Counted from the first letter of the stretch, positions 1 through 10,616 are shown. The stretch: DNA of 64,000 bases from an uncultured bacterium (GCA_965112635.1 OZ218778.1:672001-736000), one strand, 5' to 3'. Notes: generated by a model not told the origin, from the letters alone. Translations and numbers: made by a program.

Positions 1-447
1 CGCGGCTCTTTTGACCCTGATCCTTTCCCTGAGCTTGGCCAGCACCGGTTCAACCTTTCGGTCTGCTTGGTCCGGCCCTGTGCCAATAACGAACTGTTGG
101 ACCAGACCATAGATTCCTACCGTACTTTGACCGTTTTCTCCTCCACCGCTCACAAAGGGACCCTACCGGCCAGCAACAGTTTCTTCAGCCTGGATAAAGG
201 TACGGTCAGGATATCCAGCATCAAAAACGCCGACCATGGTTTCGGGGCCCTGGTGGTCAGGATGTTCGAATGCGAAGGCAAGAAAACAAGGGTGCAGATA
301 AGCTTTGCCAAACCGGTCAAAAAGGCCTATGCCCTGGACGTGCACGAGCAAAAAACGGGCGAAGAGCTGGGGATAAAATTCCAGGGGGATATGGTCGTCT
401 TGGACGTGCCGGCCTACCGTCTCGTCAACCTCGGCGTGGAATTTTAG
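1..447 (+). CDS. alpha-mannosidase (GH38), C-terminal part, 5'-partial
   Basis: Frame open from base 1: RGSFDPDPFPELGQHRF matches the GH38 LR-x-P-x-x-PDP...G-x-H-x-F segment, followed by the C-terminal sandwich (SSIKNAD...LVVRMFECEG). Confidence 0.8.
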   Translation, partial: RGSFDPDPFPELGQHRFNLSVCLVRPCANNELLDQTIDSYRTLTVFSSTAHKGTLPASNSFFSLDKGTVRISSIKNADHGFGALVVRMFECEGKKTRVQISFAKPVKKAYALDVHEQKTGEELGIKFQGDMVVLDVPAYRLVNLGVEF

Positions 448-459
448 ACTGGTAAAAAA

Positions 460-603
460 TTAGCTTCCCAATCTTGTCCAGGACCCAAAGACCTTATAGA
501 CATTGTCGGCTCTGGCCTAGGGCAGTGTCCATAACTGATGCGTTACCCTTTCCGGCCTTTTAAATTCCAGGGTTTGATATACCAATTCTCGGGGGCTTGT
601 CAT
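460..603 (-). pseudogene. internally deleted remnant of a uroporphyrinogen decarboxylase (URO-D)-family gene
   Basis: Translates MTSPRELVYQTLEFKRPERVTHQLWTLP*ARADNVYKVFGSWTRLGS*. First 28 codons resemble the N-terminus of 61065..62108 (MSQTPREVFKRAITFQNPDRIPRDLWTLGWA), last ~18 its C-terminus (GANPKTVLAIYEEWEKVG). TAG at 517-519 where Trp is expected. Confidence 0.7.
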
Positions 604-625
604 AGTCAACCTTATCCTGTCCGGG

Positions 626-1957
626 TCAGGAAATATGCTTGAACTGGGGTAAATACGCCCGGTTCTTGAGGAACATCTGCTTGACCATTTTCTTGATCTC
701 GGCCAGGGAAAGGACCGCCGAGGTCAGAGGGTCATAGTAAATGGCGTGGTAGATCTTAGCAGGGTCCCCGGTGAGACTGCCTTCCACGGCCAGTTCCTCG
801 ATGCCGGCACTGATATTGTTAAGGATGGCGCAGGATTCGGGCAGGCGTCCCACCTTGAGGGGATCCAGGCCCCGCTTGGACGCCAGGATAGGTACTTCCA
901 CGCAGGCTCCCCAGGGCAGGTTGTCGATGAGCCCAAAGTTCCTCACGTTGCCATTGAACTCGAACATCGTATGGTCGCCGAAGATGGCGTTAAAGATAGA
1001 GGCCGCGTATTCATGCCCTCTCGACAGGTCCAGAGGTTTGGGGTCCTGGATCCACTGGCTGTATTCTTTTTTCCACACTTTGTCCATCCTCATATACTCA
1101 TGCATGATATAGGCGTAATGCCCCGGGTTCCAGTTCGTGCCTTTCGTGCAGTACTTTTTGATAAGGTCCGGCCTTTTGCGGAACCAAGCATTGTACTCGG
1201 AATTATGCCCGCTGGATTCCGTGACATAGTAACCCAGGTGCAGGTACATCTCGTTTCTCACCTGCTCGGCGTTGTAGACCTTGGGGTTGGTGGTGATGGC
1301 TTTGCAAATAAGAGGATAAGCGTCTTCCCCGTTCCATTTATAGTTGAGATACCAGGCCTGGTGGTTGATGCCAGCGCACAGATAGGAGGTTTCCTCGATG
1401 GGGGCGCCGATCCATTCAGCCAGCATATGTGCGGTGCCCTGCACGCTGTGGCATAGTCCGGTCAGTTTGACCTTGGAGGCTGCCTGCATGGTGCGGCAAA
1501 GCATGGCCATGGGATTGGTGTAATTCAAAAGTGTCGCCTTGGGGCAGTAGCGCTCGATGTCCCTGCAGATGCTCAGCATCACCGGGATGGTCCTGAGGGC
1601 CCGGAAAATGCCTGATGGCCCGCGAGTATCCCCGATATTGATGTCCACTCCGTATTGCTTGGGGATCTCGATGTCGTATCGCCAGACATTGACCCCGCCG
1701 GCCAGGATGGTGACAAGGACCCCGTCCGCTCCTTCCAGGGCCTTTTTGCGGTCCCGGGTGGCCAGGAGTTTCGCGGGATAATGTCCTTCCCGGATGATCC
1801 TCTCCACAGCCTGTTTGATCATCTGTAGTCTTCCCGGATGAATATCCATCAGGGCAATGGTGCAATCCTGCAACGCCGGATGGGTCAGGATATCCCTCAC
1901 CAGTCCCCGGGTGAAACCAAAACTCCCCGCACCAATGAACGCGATCTTTTTAGACAT
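626..1957 (-). CDS. melA: family 4 glycoside hydrolase, alpha-galactosidase/alpha-glucosidase (MelA-like)
   Basis: N-terminal NAD-binding [57 protein letters not shown] motifs of GH4. Confidence 0.88.
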   Translation of the reverse strand: MSKKIAFIGAGSFGFTRGLVRDILTHPALQDCTIALMDIHPGRLQMIKQAVERIIREGHYPAKLLATRDRKKALEGADGVLVTILAGGVNVWRYDIEIPKQYGVDINIGDTRGPSGIFRALRTIPVMLSICRDIERYCPKATLLNYTNPMAMLCRTMQAASKVKLTGLCHSVQGTAHMLAEWIGAPIEETSYLCAGINHQAWYLNYKWNGEDAYPLICKAITTNPKVYNAEQVRNEMYLHLGYYVTESSGHNSEYNAWFRKRPDLIKKYCTKGTNWNPGHYAYIMHEYMRMDKVWKKEYSQWIQDPKPLDLSRGHEYAASIFNAIFGDHTMFEFNGNVRNFGLIDNLPWGACVEVPILASKRGLDPLKVGRLPESCAILNNISAGIEELAVEGSLTGDPAKIYHAIYYDPLTSAVLSLAEIKKMVKQMFLKNRAYLPQFKHIS

Positions 1958-2007
1958 GTCTCCTCCTGTATAGGATCAAGAATAATACCGCCAGCCGTGA
2001 TTGGGGA

Positions 2008-4116
2008 TCAAGGCTGATGGGTAAAAGGAAAGGCTTCGCGGAAAGAACTCTCCGGCCTGTGCTGGGCCTGCCTGGAACCTAAAGCCTGCAGTCTCCCCTG
2101 CACCGTCGTATATTCGGGCTGCAACTCCATGACTTTATGGTATTGCTCCACAGCCTCCACTTCCAGACCTATCTTAACAAAAAAATCTCCGATGGTTAAG
2201 AAGGTTAGGGCCTGAAGCCTGGTCTTGGCCTTGGAATTCAGGGGACGGATCGCCAGGGCCCTCTGGTACTGGCGGAAGGCTTGCTCAAAAAAGTCCTGGT
2301 TGACAAAAATGTCCCCGACAAGGAGCAGGGTCTTGACCTGTTGTTCCGGGTCATCGGATAATTTGGACAGATAAGATTCATCCAGCGGTTCTGTCTCGAG
2401 CAGAAATTTGAGCTTGTGCGCCGCGTTGAGGTTGGAGGGATCGTGCTCCAGGGCGCTGATCAGGTTGGACCAGCAATGCGTCTTGTCTCCCTGGTCCAGG
2501 TAATGCTGGGCCAGGCCGACCATTTCCGCGCTGGCCTCTTTCGGCATGCCCTTCTTGAGGTATATCTCAATGATCGCATTCCGGAGCATCAGATTCAGCG
2601 GGGCGATTTTCAGGGCTTTTTGGCAGATATCCAAAGCTTTGTTCCACTCCTGTTCCTTCATCAGGGACCGGGTTGCCTGCATGAATTTCAAGGAGGCTTC
2701 GGCGGCATTTCCTTTTTTAACCAGTAAATTTCCCAGCGAGGTTAAAGCCGTTGTGTTGGAAGGGTCGAATTTCAGCACCTTCTCAAAGGTTGTGACAGCC
2801 GAGTCGTCATTTCCCATGAGCTGGTGGACCAGGGCCAGGTGGAGCAAGGCGCCCTCGTGGTTCACCACGTAGCGCAAAATGGTCTCCAAGCTGGTCTTGG
2901 CCTGGGGGACCATTCTTTTTTTCAGGTAAGCCAAGCCCATTATGTAATATCCGTTAATATTTTTGAGATCAACCGCCTTCTGGGCCGCTTGGATAGCTTG
3001 GTCCAGGTCGCCATGGTCGAACATACCCTCCGCAGCCCTGAAAAATTCCGCCTTGGCCTGTTCTTCGTCTCCCTCTTTTAAATAGGTCTCCGCAAGGTGA
3101 AACCGCAGGGTAAAGTTATTCGGCTCTGCTTCCAGTTCCTTTTGGATCTCGCTGGCGGTCTTTTTATGAGGTTCCGGAACCTGCGAAACGGGAGCGGTCT
3201 GCTTTGGTTTTTGGGCCGAAACGCCGAGGAACCGCATCATCTCTTCGCTGCCGTGGAATATTTCCTGCACTTTGCTGTCCAGCGTTCCCTGGGCCTCTTC
3301 TTCCTTGTGGATACCAAGGTCCCGGACCACCAGTTCCACGATGGTAGGGCCGATAACCTCTTGTTTGGTCAAAAAACCTTCCATCAGGCAGTTGTCACAG
3401 ATGGTGTTGAGCAAGCGGGGAATACCCTTGCTGTACCTAAAAAGGGTTTGCATGGCCTCCGGTGAGAAAATATCTTTGGGATTCCCAGCCACGGCCAAGC
3501 GGTGCCGCACGTAGCCCCTAGTATCTTCCTCGTCCATCAGCTTGAGATAGAACTTCACGGAAATGCGTTGCTGAAATGGTGGATCCAGGGCCATGTTCTT
3601 TTCGAACTCGGGCAAACCCATCAGGACCACGGAGATGAGCCGGCTTTCCACAGTCTCGAAATGCAAAAGCGAACGCAAAACTTCGAATAGGGCCTGCGAC
3701 CGGATCATACTGGCCTCGTCGATGATGATCACGGCCTTCTTGCCCTGCTCATCAATCTCCAAAAGACGGTTAAAGAGCGCTTTGAGGATACCCGACTTGT
3801 CCATGGGCGGGTCCATCACGCCCATCTGCATAGCGATCTTGCTTAACAGCCATTCCGGGGTGACATCGCCATGCACCATGACGAACATCCCGATCTCGCA
3901 ATTTTCTTCCTGAAGGCCGTTGAAAAGCTTATGGGCAAGCATGGTCTTTCCGGCCCCCATCTCACCTATCATAATAACCAAGCCTTTGCGGTTGTTCACC
4001 CCGTGAAGTAGGCGCACCAGGGCGTCCTCGCATTGCTTGCTGTGATAAAAGAAACGGTCGTCCGGAGTTAGGGAAAATGGAGAGATATTGAGATTATAAT
4101 ATTTTTCGTAACTCAT
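2008..4116 (-). CDS. ExeA/GspA-like AAA ATPase fused to C-terminal TPR repeats
   Basis: MSYEKYYNLNISPFSLTPDDRFFY start, Walker A GEMGAGKT, Walker B IIIDEA, LMGLPE, SKGIPRLLNTICDNCL; TPR repeats from about aa 330. Confidence 0.85.
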   Translation of the reverse strand: MSYEKYYNLNISPFSLTPDDRFFYHSKQCEDALVRLLHGVNNRKGLVIMIGEMGAGKTMLAHKLFNGLQEENCEIGMFVMVHGDVTPEWLLSKIAMQMGVMDPPMDKSGILKALFNRLLEIDEQGKKAVIIIDEASMIRSQALFEVLRSLLHFETVESRLISVVLMGLPEFEKNMALDPPFQQRISVKFYLKLMDEEDTRGYVRHRLAVAGNPKDIFSPEAMQTLFRYSKGIPRLLNTICDNCLMEGFLTKQEVIGPTIVELVVRDLGIHKEEEAQGTLDSKVQEIFHGSEEMMRFLGVSAQKPKQTAPVSQVPEPHKKTASEIQKELEAEPNNFTLRFHLAETYLKEGDEEQAKAEFFRAAEGMFDHGDLDQAIQAAQKAVDLKNINGYYIMGLAYLKKRMVPQAKTSLETILRYVVNHEGALLHLALVHQLMGNDDSAVTTFEKVLKFDPSNTTALTSLGNLLVKKGNAAEASLKFMQATRSLMKEQEWNKALDICQKALKIAPLNLMLRNAIIEIYLKKGMPKEASAEMVGLAQHYLDQGDKTHCWSNLISALEHDPSNLNAAHKLKFLLETEPLDESYLSKLSDDPEQQVKTLLLVGDIFVNQDFFEQAFRQYQRALAIRPLNSKAKTRLQALTFLTIGDFFVKIGLEVEAVEQYHKVMELQPEYTTVQGRLQALGSRQAQHRPESSFREAFPFTHQP

Positions 4117-4158
4117 CGGAATTGCCTCGGCTTGGATGAGACACTTAAGATAATATGA

Positions 4159-4187
4159 AATTTATACCTGGTGTTCATGGTTGTCAA
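4159..4187 (-). promoter_or_regulatory. putative sigma70 promoter of the ExeA-TPR gene
   Basis: Minus strand TTGACA (4187-4182), 17 nt, TAAATT (4164-4159). Confidence 0.45.
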
Positions 4188-4279
4188 ACGATTAAAAAAA
4201 CAAAAAAGCCTGGGTTTTAGCTCCACTGTTTCTTTTATAAATGCTACATTATGGCCAGGAGGTTTTCTAAACTGCCAAA

Positions 4280-5797
4280 ATGAACCCCATTAACCCAAAA
4301 TCATCGCTTTGGCCCCGCTACCCTTATTTATGGATCTGTCTGCTCGGATTCCTTGTTTATGCTTACTCTCTGTCTTTTGAAATCATCTACCTTGATGATA
4401 ATTCCTATTTTATTGACAACGCTCATTTCCTTTCTGATATCAACAACATTTTCAATATTTTTCAATTCACTCCTTATATAAACCATTCCGGCACCTATTA
4501 CCGCCCTATCCCGACTGTGACTTATATGCTTAACATGTTTTTAAGCGGCAGCTCCTTAGTTGGCTTGCACCTGGGCACCATCCTCGTCCACCTTTGTGCA
4601 GCCTGCCTTCTTTTTTTGTTCTTTTCCAAATTAAAATACCGGCGTGCGTTTAGCTTTATGGTAAGTATGGTTTTTGTAGTCCATCCTTGTCTGGTTTCTT
4701 CTGTGGCCCACATCCCCGGCCGCAACGAATCCTTGCTGGCAGCCTTTTTTTTTCTCTCTATGATAACTTTTATCAATTATACGGATAATCCGAAGTGGTC
4801 GAATTATTTTCCCCACCTCTTTTGTTTCGCCCTGGCTCTATTCACTAAGGAATCCGGCCTGATAATCCCTCTTCTGTGTATCCTCTACACATTGTTAATA
4901 AAGAAAGAAAACGTCCTCTCTATCAAATATTATCTTTTGGCATTTTCTTGGCTAATCATCGCTGGTTTCTGGTTCACGCTCAGGGACAACGCCATCGGCC
5001 ATTACCCCGGGGTCACCGTCTCCAAGATTTTCCTCAATATGATTGCGGCTACGCCGGTGGTCCTCCAGTATTTAGGTAAAATGCTTTTACCTTTTAATCT
5101 CTGTGCCCAGCCCCTTCCCCAGGACACGACCTATATCTACGGCATCCTCAGCCTGATTCTTGTCTGCGCTGCTGTTTTTTTGACCAAAACCCGTCGGAAT
5201 AATTATTCGCTCTTTGGACTGACCATCTTCCTGTTGTTCATGTATCCTTCTTTGTCCATGACCTTTACCCTGAAATCTTCTGTGGGGCTGATCGCTCCCG
5301 AACACAGGGTCTATCTTCCCCTCATTGGCCTTGGAGTGATACTTCTGGAAACGGACTTCTTTCGTCGTTTCGACCCCGCTAATATCTTGCACAAGGGTTT
5401 ATGGGCAGGCTTGCTTGTCTTATTTAGCGGTTTGACGCTTTTACATAGCAACACTTTCAGGGACAGGCAGACCTTTTGGTTGAGCGCGGTCTCTACGGCC
5501 CCTGACAGTTCCTTTGCCCATACTAAATTGGGTTCCACCTTTTATGATTTGAAACGGTTTGATCTCGCCGAACAGGAATTCCAAACTTCCCTTCGGATCG
5601 ATCCTCAAGAAGTTTCCTCCCTCATTAATCTGGCCGGCATTGACACGATGCAAAAACATTATGCCGAGGCAGAATCCTTGCTTGATCAAGTCCTGGCTAT
5701 AGAGCCTGAAAACCAGGACCTTCGGGCGGTGGTCCAGAAAAGACTCGCAGACATTCACAAGAGGTTAAAGCAGGAAAGAACCGGGACTGGGAAATAA
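4280..5797 (+). CDS. TMTC-like GT-C membrane glycosyltransferase with C-terminal TPRs
   Basis: YLDDN after TM1, YYRP, HP...SSVAHIPGRNE, ALFTKES, EHRVYLP and terminal TPRs; about 10 hydrophobic segments; lower GC than neighbours. Confidence 0.75.
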   Translation: MNPINPKSSLWPRYPYLWICLLGFLVYAYSLSFEIIYLDDNSYFIDNAHFLSDINNIFNIFQFTPYINHSGTYYRPIPTVTYMLNMFLSGSSLVGLHLGTILVHLCAACLLFLFFSKLKYRRAFSFMVSMVFVVHPCLVSSVAHIPGRNESLLAAFFFLSMITFINYTDNPKWSNYFPHLFCFALALFTKESGLIIPLLCILYTLLIKKENVLSIKYYLLAFSWLIIAGFWFTLRDNAIGHYPGVTVSKIFLNMIAATPVVLQYLGKMLLPFNLCAQPLPQDTTYIYGILSLILVCAAVFLTKTRRNNYSLFGLTIFLLFMYPSLSMTFTLKSSVGLIAPEHRVYLPLIGLGVILLETDFFRRFDPANILHKGLWAGLLVLFSGLTLLHSNTFRDRQTFWLSAVSTAPDSSFAHTKLGSTFYDLKRFDLAEQEFQTSLRIDPQEVSSLINLAGIDTMQKHYAEAESLLDQVLAIEPENQDLRAVVQKRLADIHKRLKQERTGTGK

Positions 5798-6637
5798 TCA
5801 CCCTTGCTGGGCGATAATTTTATTCTTTAACTTCCCTATCTTCTCAATCTCAACTTCGACCACATCCCCTGGTTTCATAAATAAGGGAGGGTTGCGGAAC
5901 TGGCCCACCCCGCTGGGCGTCCCGGTGGAAATGATATCTCCGGGATAAAGGGTGATGGCCTGGGAGATAAAAGCAATGAGGTAAGGGACTTTAAAGATCA
6001 TTTCGCTGGTATTGGAGTTTTGCACCAATTCTCCGTTCAACCTGCACTGGATGGACAAATGGCTGGGGTCCGGGATCTCCTCAGGCGTCACCAGCCACGG
6101 CCCTAGGGGCGCAAAGGTGTCCAAAGATTTTGCCCTGACCCATTGGCCGTCAGCGGCCTGGATATCCCTGGCGCTGACATCGTTGCAAATCGTATAGCCT
6201 GCAACATAATTCAGGGCTTTGGCTTCTGGAACAGCTTTAGCCTGCCTTCCAATCACGATGGCCAGTTCAGCCTCAAAATCCAACTTTTGCGTAATGGCCG
6301 GATGGATGATGAGGTCGCCGTCCCCGACGATGGCCGAGGGAAACTTGGAGAACAAGACCGGAGACTGGGGCATAGGAAGATTATTTTCCTTGCAGTGGTC
6401 CAGGTAATTAAGACCCACGCAGATGATTTTGGACGGCTCGGTCACCGGCGGCAAAATCTTCACGCCACTCAGGCTGAGGAATGGTCCCTGGTGCGGCACT
6501 TTGAACAATTTCCCCAAGCCTGGGTCCTGCTTTAGAAGTCCGACGAGGTCCGGCGTCAGCCCGGTATCCACAAGACCTTCCCTATGGACAATGCCAAGTC
6601 TTGACCTGCCTTGATGGGAAAATACGGCTATCTTCAT
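5798..6637 (-). CDS. fumarylacetoacetate hydrolase family protein
   Basis: KIICVGLNYLDH, DFEAELAIVIG, NDVSARD, KSLDTFAPLGP, GDIISTGTPSGVG. Confidence 0.92.
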   Translation of the reverse strand: MKIAVFSHQGRSRLGIVHREGLVDTGLTPDLVGLLKQDPGLGKLFKVPHQGPFLSLSGVKILPPVTEPSKIICVGLNYLDHCKENNLPMPQSPVLFSKFPSAIVGDGDLIIHPAITQKLDFEAELAIVIGRQAKAVPEAKALNYVAGYTICNDVSARDIQAADGQWVRAKSLDTFAPLGPWLVTPEEIPDPSHLSIQCRLNGELVQNSNTSEMIFKVPYLIAFISQAITLYPGDIISTGTPSGVGQFRNPPLFMKPGDVVEVEIEKIGKLKNKIIAQQG

Positions 6638-6646
6638 AGGGAGGGA

Positions 6647-7426
6647 CTAGACCTTGTGGTACTGCGTGGCCGTGGCATAGGCGCCATCGCTGAGTTTTTT
6701 GAGGGTGAAATCGGCAAAAATATTGGGGGCTTCTTTTTGCATGACTTTGAGTAGTTCCACGGCCAGGGCCCGTATCTCCACATCCGCGTGCTCGCTTCCC
6801 CGGAGTTCTATGAAATGGCGTAGGGCCCGGGCATTGGCCGAAACGAAGATCTTGGTCTCCGTGGCGTTGGGCAGCACGCTCCTGGCCGCCTGCCGGGCCA
6901 TTTTGCGGGCTAGGGTCTTATCCTCCACGGTCTCGTGCTTCTTTTCCAGCCCCTCTACCAGCCTGGTATAAGCTCTGCGGGAGGTCTCCACGGCCTCGAC
7001 CCAGATCTTGTGCAGCTCCGGGTCTTTGGCGATGTCCCCCGGCTCGATGACGTCCGACTCGGCCTCGTTGACGTAGCGCTGGGAAAGCTGGCTGTAGCCA
7101 AACCCAGCCCTATGCCTCACCAGCTCGTGGGTGAGCGATCGGGACACGCCGGTAAAGATGAAGTTCCACACAGTGTGCTCCAGCACGCTTCCGTGGCCCG
7201 ACTCCAGGATATGGTGGATATACTCCTTGTTGGTCTTCCTGCCTTTGCCGTAGGACAGGTAACAGATGCGGCCGGCGATCTCGGGGAGCTGTTCTCCCCC
7301 GATCTGGGTGTCTGTGCCCCAGGTAAATTCGTGGTCAGCCAGAAATTTTTCCACCTCACTCTGGTGCACCTGCTGGCTGCCAATCAAGTAAACTTTTGGT
7401 TTGTTCACGATCTTCATAGTCAACAT
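6647..7426 (-). CDS. thyX: FAD-dependent thymidylate synthase
   Basis: GHGSVLEH, signature RHRAGFGYSQLSQRYV, ARSVLPNATET, ANARALRHFIELR. Confidence 0.95.
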   Translation of the reverse strand: MLTMKIVNKPKVYLIGSQQVHQSEVEKFLADHEFTWGTDTQIGGEQLPEIAGRICYLSYGKGRKTNKEYIHHILESGHGSVLEHTVWNFIFTGVSRSLTHELVRHRAGFGYSQLSQRYVNEAESDVIEPGDIAKDPELHKIWVEAVETSRRAYTRLVEGLEKKHETVEDKTLARKMARQAARSVLPNATETKIFVSANARALRHFIELRGSEHADVEIRALAVELLKVMQKEAPNIFADFTLKKLSDGAYATATQYHKV

Positions 7427-7493
7427 TGCTCCTGTTTTGAGGAATGGATTGAGTTTAGCAGAGGTTGGGACTAAAACAACCCGTGAGCGGGGT

Positions 7494-8676
7494 TTAAGGC
7501 TTTTTGCGGTAGATCCAGGCCAGGCCCGTTCCGTTGGCCGCCAAAGACATGAGGATGACGGCCCACTGAGCTCCGACCATCCCTCCGCAGAACTGGCTGG
7601 CCAATACGCCGACCAGGGGCCCGCTGAACTCTCCCACCCCGATCATGGACTCGTGGTATCCTCCCAATTCACCCTTGTTCGCCCCGCAGTTCAGGGAGTA
7701 GTAGATGGAGCTGTTGTAGGACAGGCTCACGGCGCAGCCGAACAGGAATAAAAACGCGAACATGCAGAGGACCTGTGGGGCTGACAAAGATACCGGCCAG
7801 AAAAAACGGGCTCAGCCATAGCACGGCCTGCAGGAGGGGCATCTTGTAGTGCCAGCCCTCCCATTGCCACAGGACCGTAAAACCCACGGTCCGGACAAAA
7901 AAGGTCGTACAGGCAAGCCAGATCATGTATTCGGGCCTCAAATGCAGCCGTTCGCTCAGGTACGGCAGAACCGCTCCCAGCACGAACATGAGAAAATATC
8001 CCATAGCGTTGGCCAGCCAGGACAGGTGCATGAAACGGTTTTTCACCGCCTGGGAAAGTTTTATTCCCTCGTGGCTGGCATCCGCGGCGCTTTGCCCTAG
8101 GGCTTGGGCCCTGGCCCAGGGCCGGCGCAACCACAAGAACTGGCCGGCAAAAATCAAGACCGGTACCCAAACAATCGAATCTCTTTGCCAGGCATACAGC
8201 GCCCCTCCCAGGAAATAGCCCACCACATTGCCCAGGCTCCAGTCGATGTTATAGAGCCCTACCCGGTTGGGCAGAGAAAGTTTGCCTTTGGCATGCAGTA
8301 CGCAGGCTTCCAGGGAGGGCCAGGTGCACGCCGAAAAAAGCACTAGAAGACCCGCGATCAGAAATGGGGTCCAGCTGAAGGCAAGAGCGCAGCCCAGCAG
8401 CATGGCCAGACCCGAACCTGCCGTGCCCATGGCGATGATGCGGTCATAGCCGATCCTGTCCGAAAGTTTGCCGGATAAGGTGGGTAGGAAGATGTAAACA
8501 AAACCCTGCAGAGCCGCCAACCCCAGGTTTTCCGGGTCGGAAAAGCCGAACCTTTGCTTGGCCCAGAAATAACAACAGGACAAAAAGACGCATACCCCCA
8601 CGCTGTTGATAAAGGTAATGGCGTAATATTCAAAAAGCCCTAGTCTGATCTCCTGTTTAACCTGTTTTTTCACCAA
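7494..8676 (-). pseudogene. MFS transporter split by a frameshift near 7770-7785
   Basis: ORF 7669..8676 has MFS motif A (GKLSDRIG) and loses hydrophobicity after LAGIFVSP; the last TM helices continue in the frame of 7494..7787 (QVLCMFAFLFLFG...GGYHESMIGVGEFSGP). Real lesion or sequencing error. Confidence 0.75.
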
Positions 8677-8735
8677 TTATGAAACTCCTCTTGCTGTGGA
8701 GGGTTCAGGGTCGTGGTGCCCGGTAACTTTCAACT

Positions 8736-9785
8736 TTAACGGAGGGCGTTAAAGGCTTCAATATTGGAACAACGGGACAAAGCGTCTTCTTTAGAGATCT
8801 TACCGGTCTTGAAAAGGTTGAACAGGGCCTGATCCAGGCTCTGCATGCTCTGGCTTCCGCCGGTTTGGATCGCGGAAGCGAGTTGAAACGTTTTGCCTTC
8901 CCTGATGAGATTTCGTATGGCCGGGGTGGCCACCATGATCTCTAGGGCGCAGGCCCGGCCTTTCCCTTCGGCCGAGGGAACGAGCGTCTGCGAGATCACT
9001 CCCTCCAGCGTCATGCCCAGTTGGCTGCGGACCTGGGCCTGCTGGTGGGGAGGGAATACATCGATGATACGGTCAATGGTCTGGGGTGCGTTGGTGGTGT
9101 GCAGGGTCGCGAAGACCATGTGCCCGGTCTCCGCAGCCGTGATGGCCGAACTGATCGTTTCTAGGTCGCGCATCTCGCCCACCAGGATCACGTCCGGGTC
9201 CTGTCTCAACACATGTTTGAGGGCTTCGGAGAAGGACAAGCTGTCCGCCCCAATCTCCCTCTGGTTTACGATGCACTTTTTATCCTCGTGGACGAATTCC
9301 ACGGGGTCTTCTATGGTCATGATATGGGCCGCCTCGGTTTCATTGATATGGTTGATCATGGCTGCCAGCGTGGTGGATTTACCGCTGCCTGTCGGTCCTG
9401 TCACCAGGACCAGTCCCCGGGGCCGTTCGGCCAGCTCCTTCAAGATGGGCGGCATACCCAGTTCAGCTAGGGTCTTGATACGGATGGGGATCAGCCGCGC
9501 CACGACGCCTACCAGGCCCTTCTGGATGAACACGTTGACCCTGAAACGCGCTGTGCCGGAAAGAGTGTAGGCCAGGTCCAGCTCCCGTGTCTCGTTGAGC
9601 TTGTCCCGCTGCTCGTCATTGATCAACTGGCGCACCAGTTCCCGGATATCATCCTGGGTCAGTTTGGACATACTGGAACGGCTCAATTCACCGTTGACCC
9701 TGTAAACAGGCGGATTACCGACCTTGAGATGAAGATCGGAGGCATTCAGGGAAACCATTTGTCTTAAGAGGTCATCGATCTGCAT
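8736..9785 (-). CDS. pilT: type IV pilus retraction ATPase
   Basis: ASDLHL, Walker A GPTGSGKST, TIEDPVE, LRQDPDVILVGEMRD, AETGH, TLHT, AIRNLIRE. Confidence 0.95.
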   Translation of the reverse strand: MQIDDLLRQMVSLNASDLHLKVGNPPVYRVNGELSRSSMSKLTQDDIRELVRQLINDEQRDKLNETRELDLAYTLSGTARFRVNVFIQKGLVGVVARLIPIRIKTLAELGMPPILKELAERPRGLVLVTGPTGSGKSTTLAAMINHINETEAAHIMTIEDPVEFVHEDKKCIVNQREIGADSLSFSEALKHVLRQDPDVILVGEMRDLETISSAITAAETGHMVFATLHTTNAPQTIDRIIDVFPPHQQAQVRSQLGMTLEGVISQTLVPSAEGKGRACALEIMVATPAIRNLIREGKTFQLASAIQTGGSQSMQSLDQALFNLFKTGKISKEDALSRCSNIEAFNALR

Positions 9786-9935
9786 TGGTCAACCATGATT
9801 CCTTTGTTTAGAATTCAACCATTGTTACAATAATCCAGTTTGGTGTCAATCACTTCGGCCCTTTGGCTTTATCCCCAAAAAGCGTTGCTTTTGGAAAGGG
9901 AAAATATGTTATAGTTTTTGTGAAAGGAAAAAACT

Positions 9936-10616
9936 GTGAAAAAAAATTTAAAAAGAAAGAAAAGTATTTCCCGGGTTTCAACTCCATCTATGCCCCTTCT
10001 CCAGGTAATCGCAAGGCAGAACAAGGAAATCTTAAAAAGGCTCAAGACGCTCCCGGTTGGAACTGCTCCTCGTAACGTCAACCCTCTGGTCAAAGAAGTG
10101 CAGCGTCTTCTCGCTCTTTCCGAGGATCCAGCCTCTCGCAACCTTACTGTCCAAACCGCTCCCCCACCCAAACCGGTCAAAGGAGTCGAGGACATACTCC
10201 ATAACCCGGATTTCCACCAGTTCACTCCGGAAGACATCCTAGTCCTGGTTACCGCCTGCCGACAAAAGGAAGCTAAACCCGGAGAAGTAATCTTTAAAGA
10301 GGGAGAATTGGGCAGCAGCCTGTTCATCATCAAATCCGGGGAAATTAAAGTCTATAAGACCGATGTTCTGGGGGATGTGGACATTGCGATCTTGGGGCCC
10401 GGCACCTTGGTGGGAGAAATGGCTTTGATCGACAACAAACCGCGCAGCGCCAATGTCAAAGCGGCCGGCGCTGTGGTCCTGCTGGAGCTGACCGCAGAGA
10501 ACTATCACGAATTTTTAAAGCAACATCCGGCCGTGGCTGTGAAATTCATGAACATTATCATGAACATCCTGGTCAAACGTTTGCGGGAAGCCACCAAAAA
10601 AGCCTACTCCAGATAG
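9936..10616 (+). CDS. cyclic nucleotide-binding domain protein without HTH
   Basis: GEVIFKEGELGSSLFIIKSGEIKV, GEMALIDNKPRSANV phosphate-binding cassette; start uncertain. Confidence 0.85.
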   Translation: MKKNLKRKKSISRVSTPSMPLLQVIARQNKEILKRLKTLPVGTAPRNVNPLVKEVQRLLALSEDPASRNLTVQTAPPPKPVKGVEDILHNPDFHQFTPEDILVLVTACRQKEAKPGEVIFKEGELGSSLFIIKSGEIKVYKTDVLGDVDIAILGPGTLVGEMALIDNKPRSANVKAAGAVVLLELTAENYHEFLKQHPAVAVKFMNIIMNILVKRLREATKKAYSR

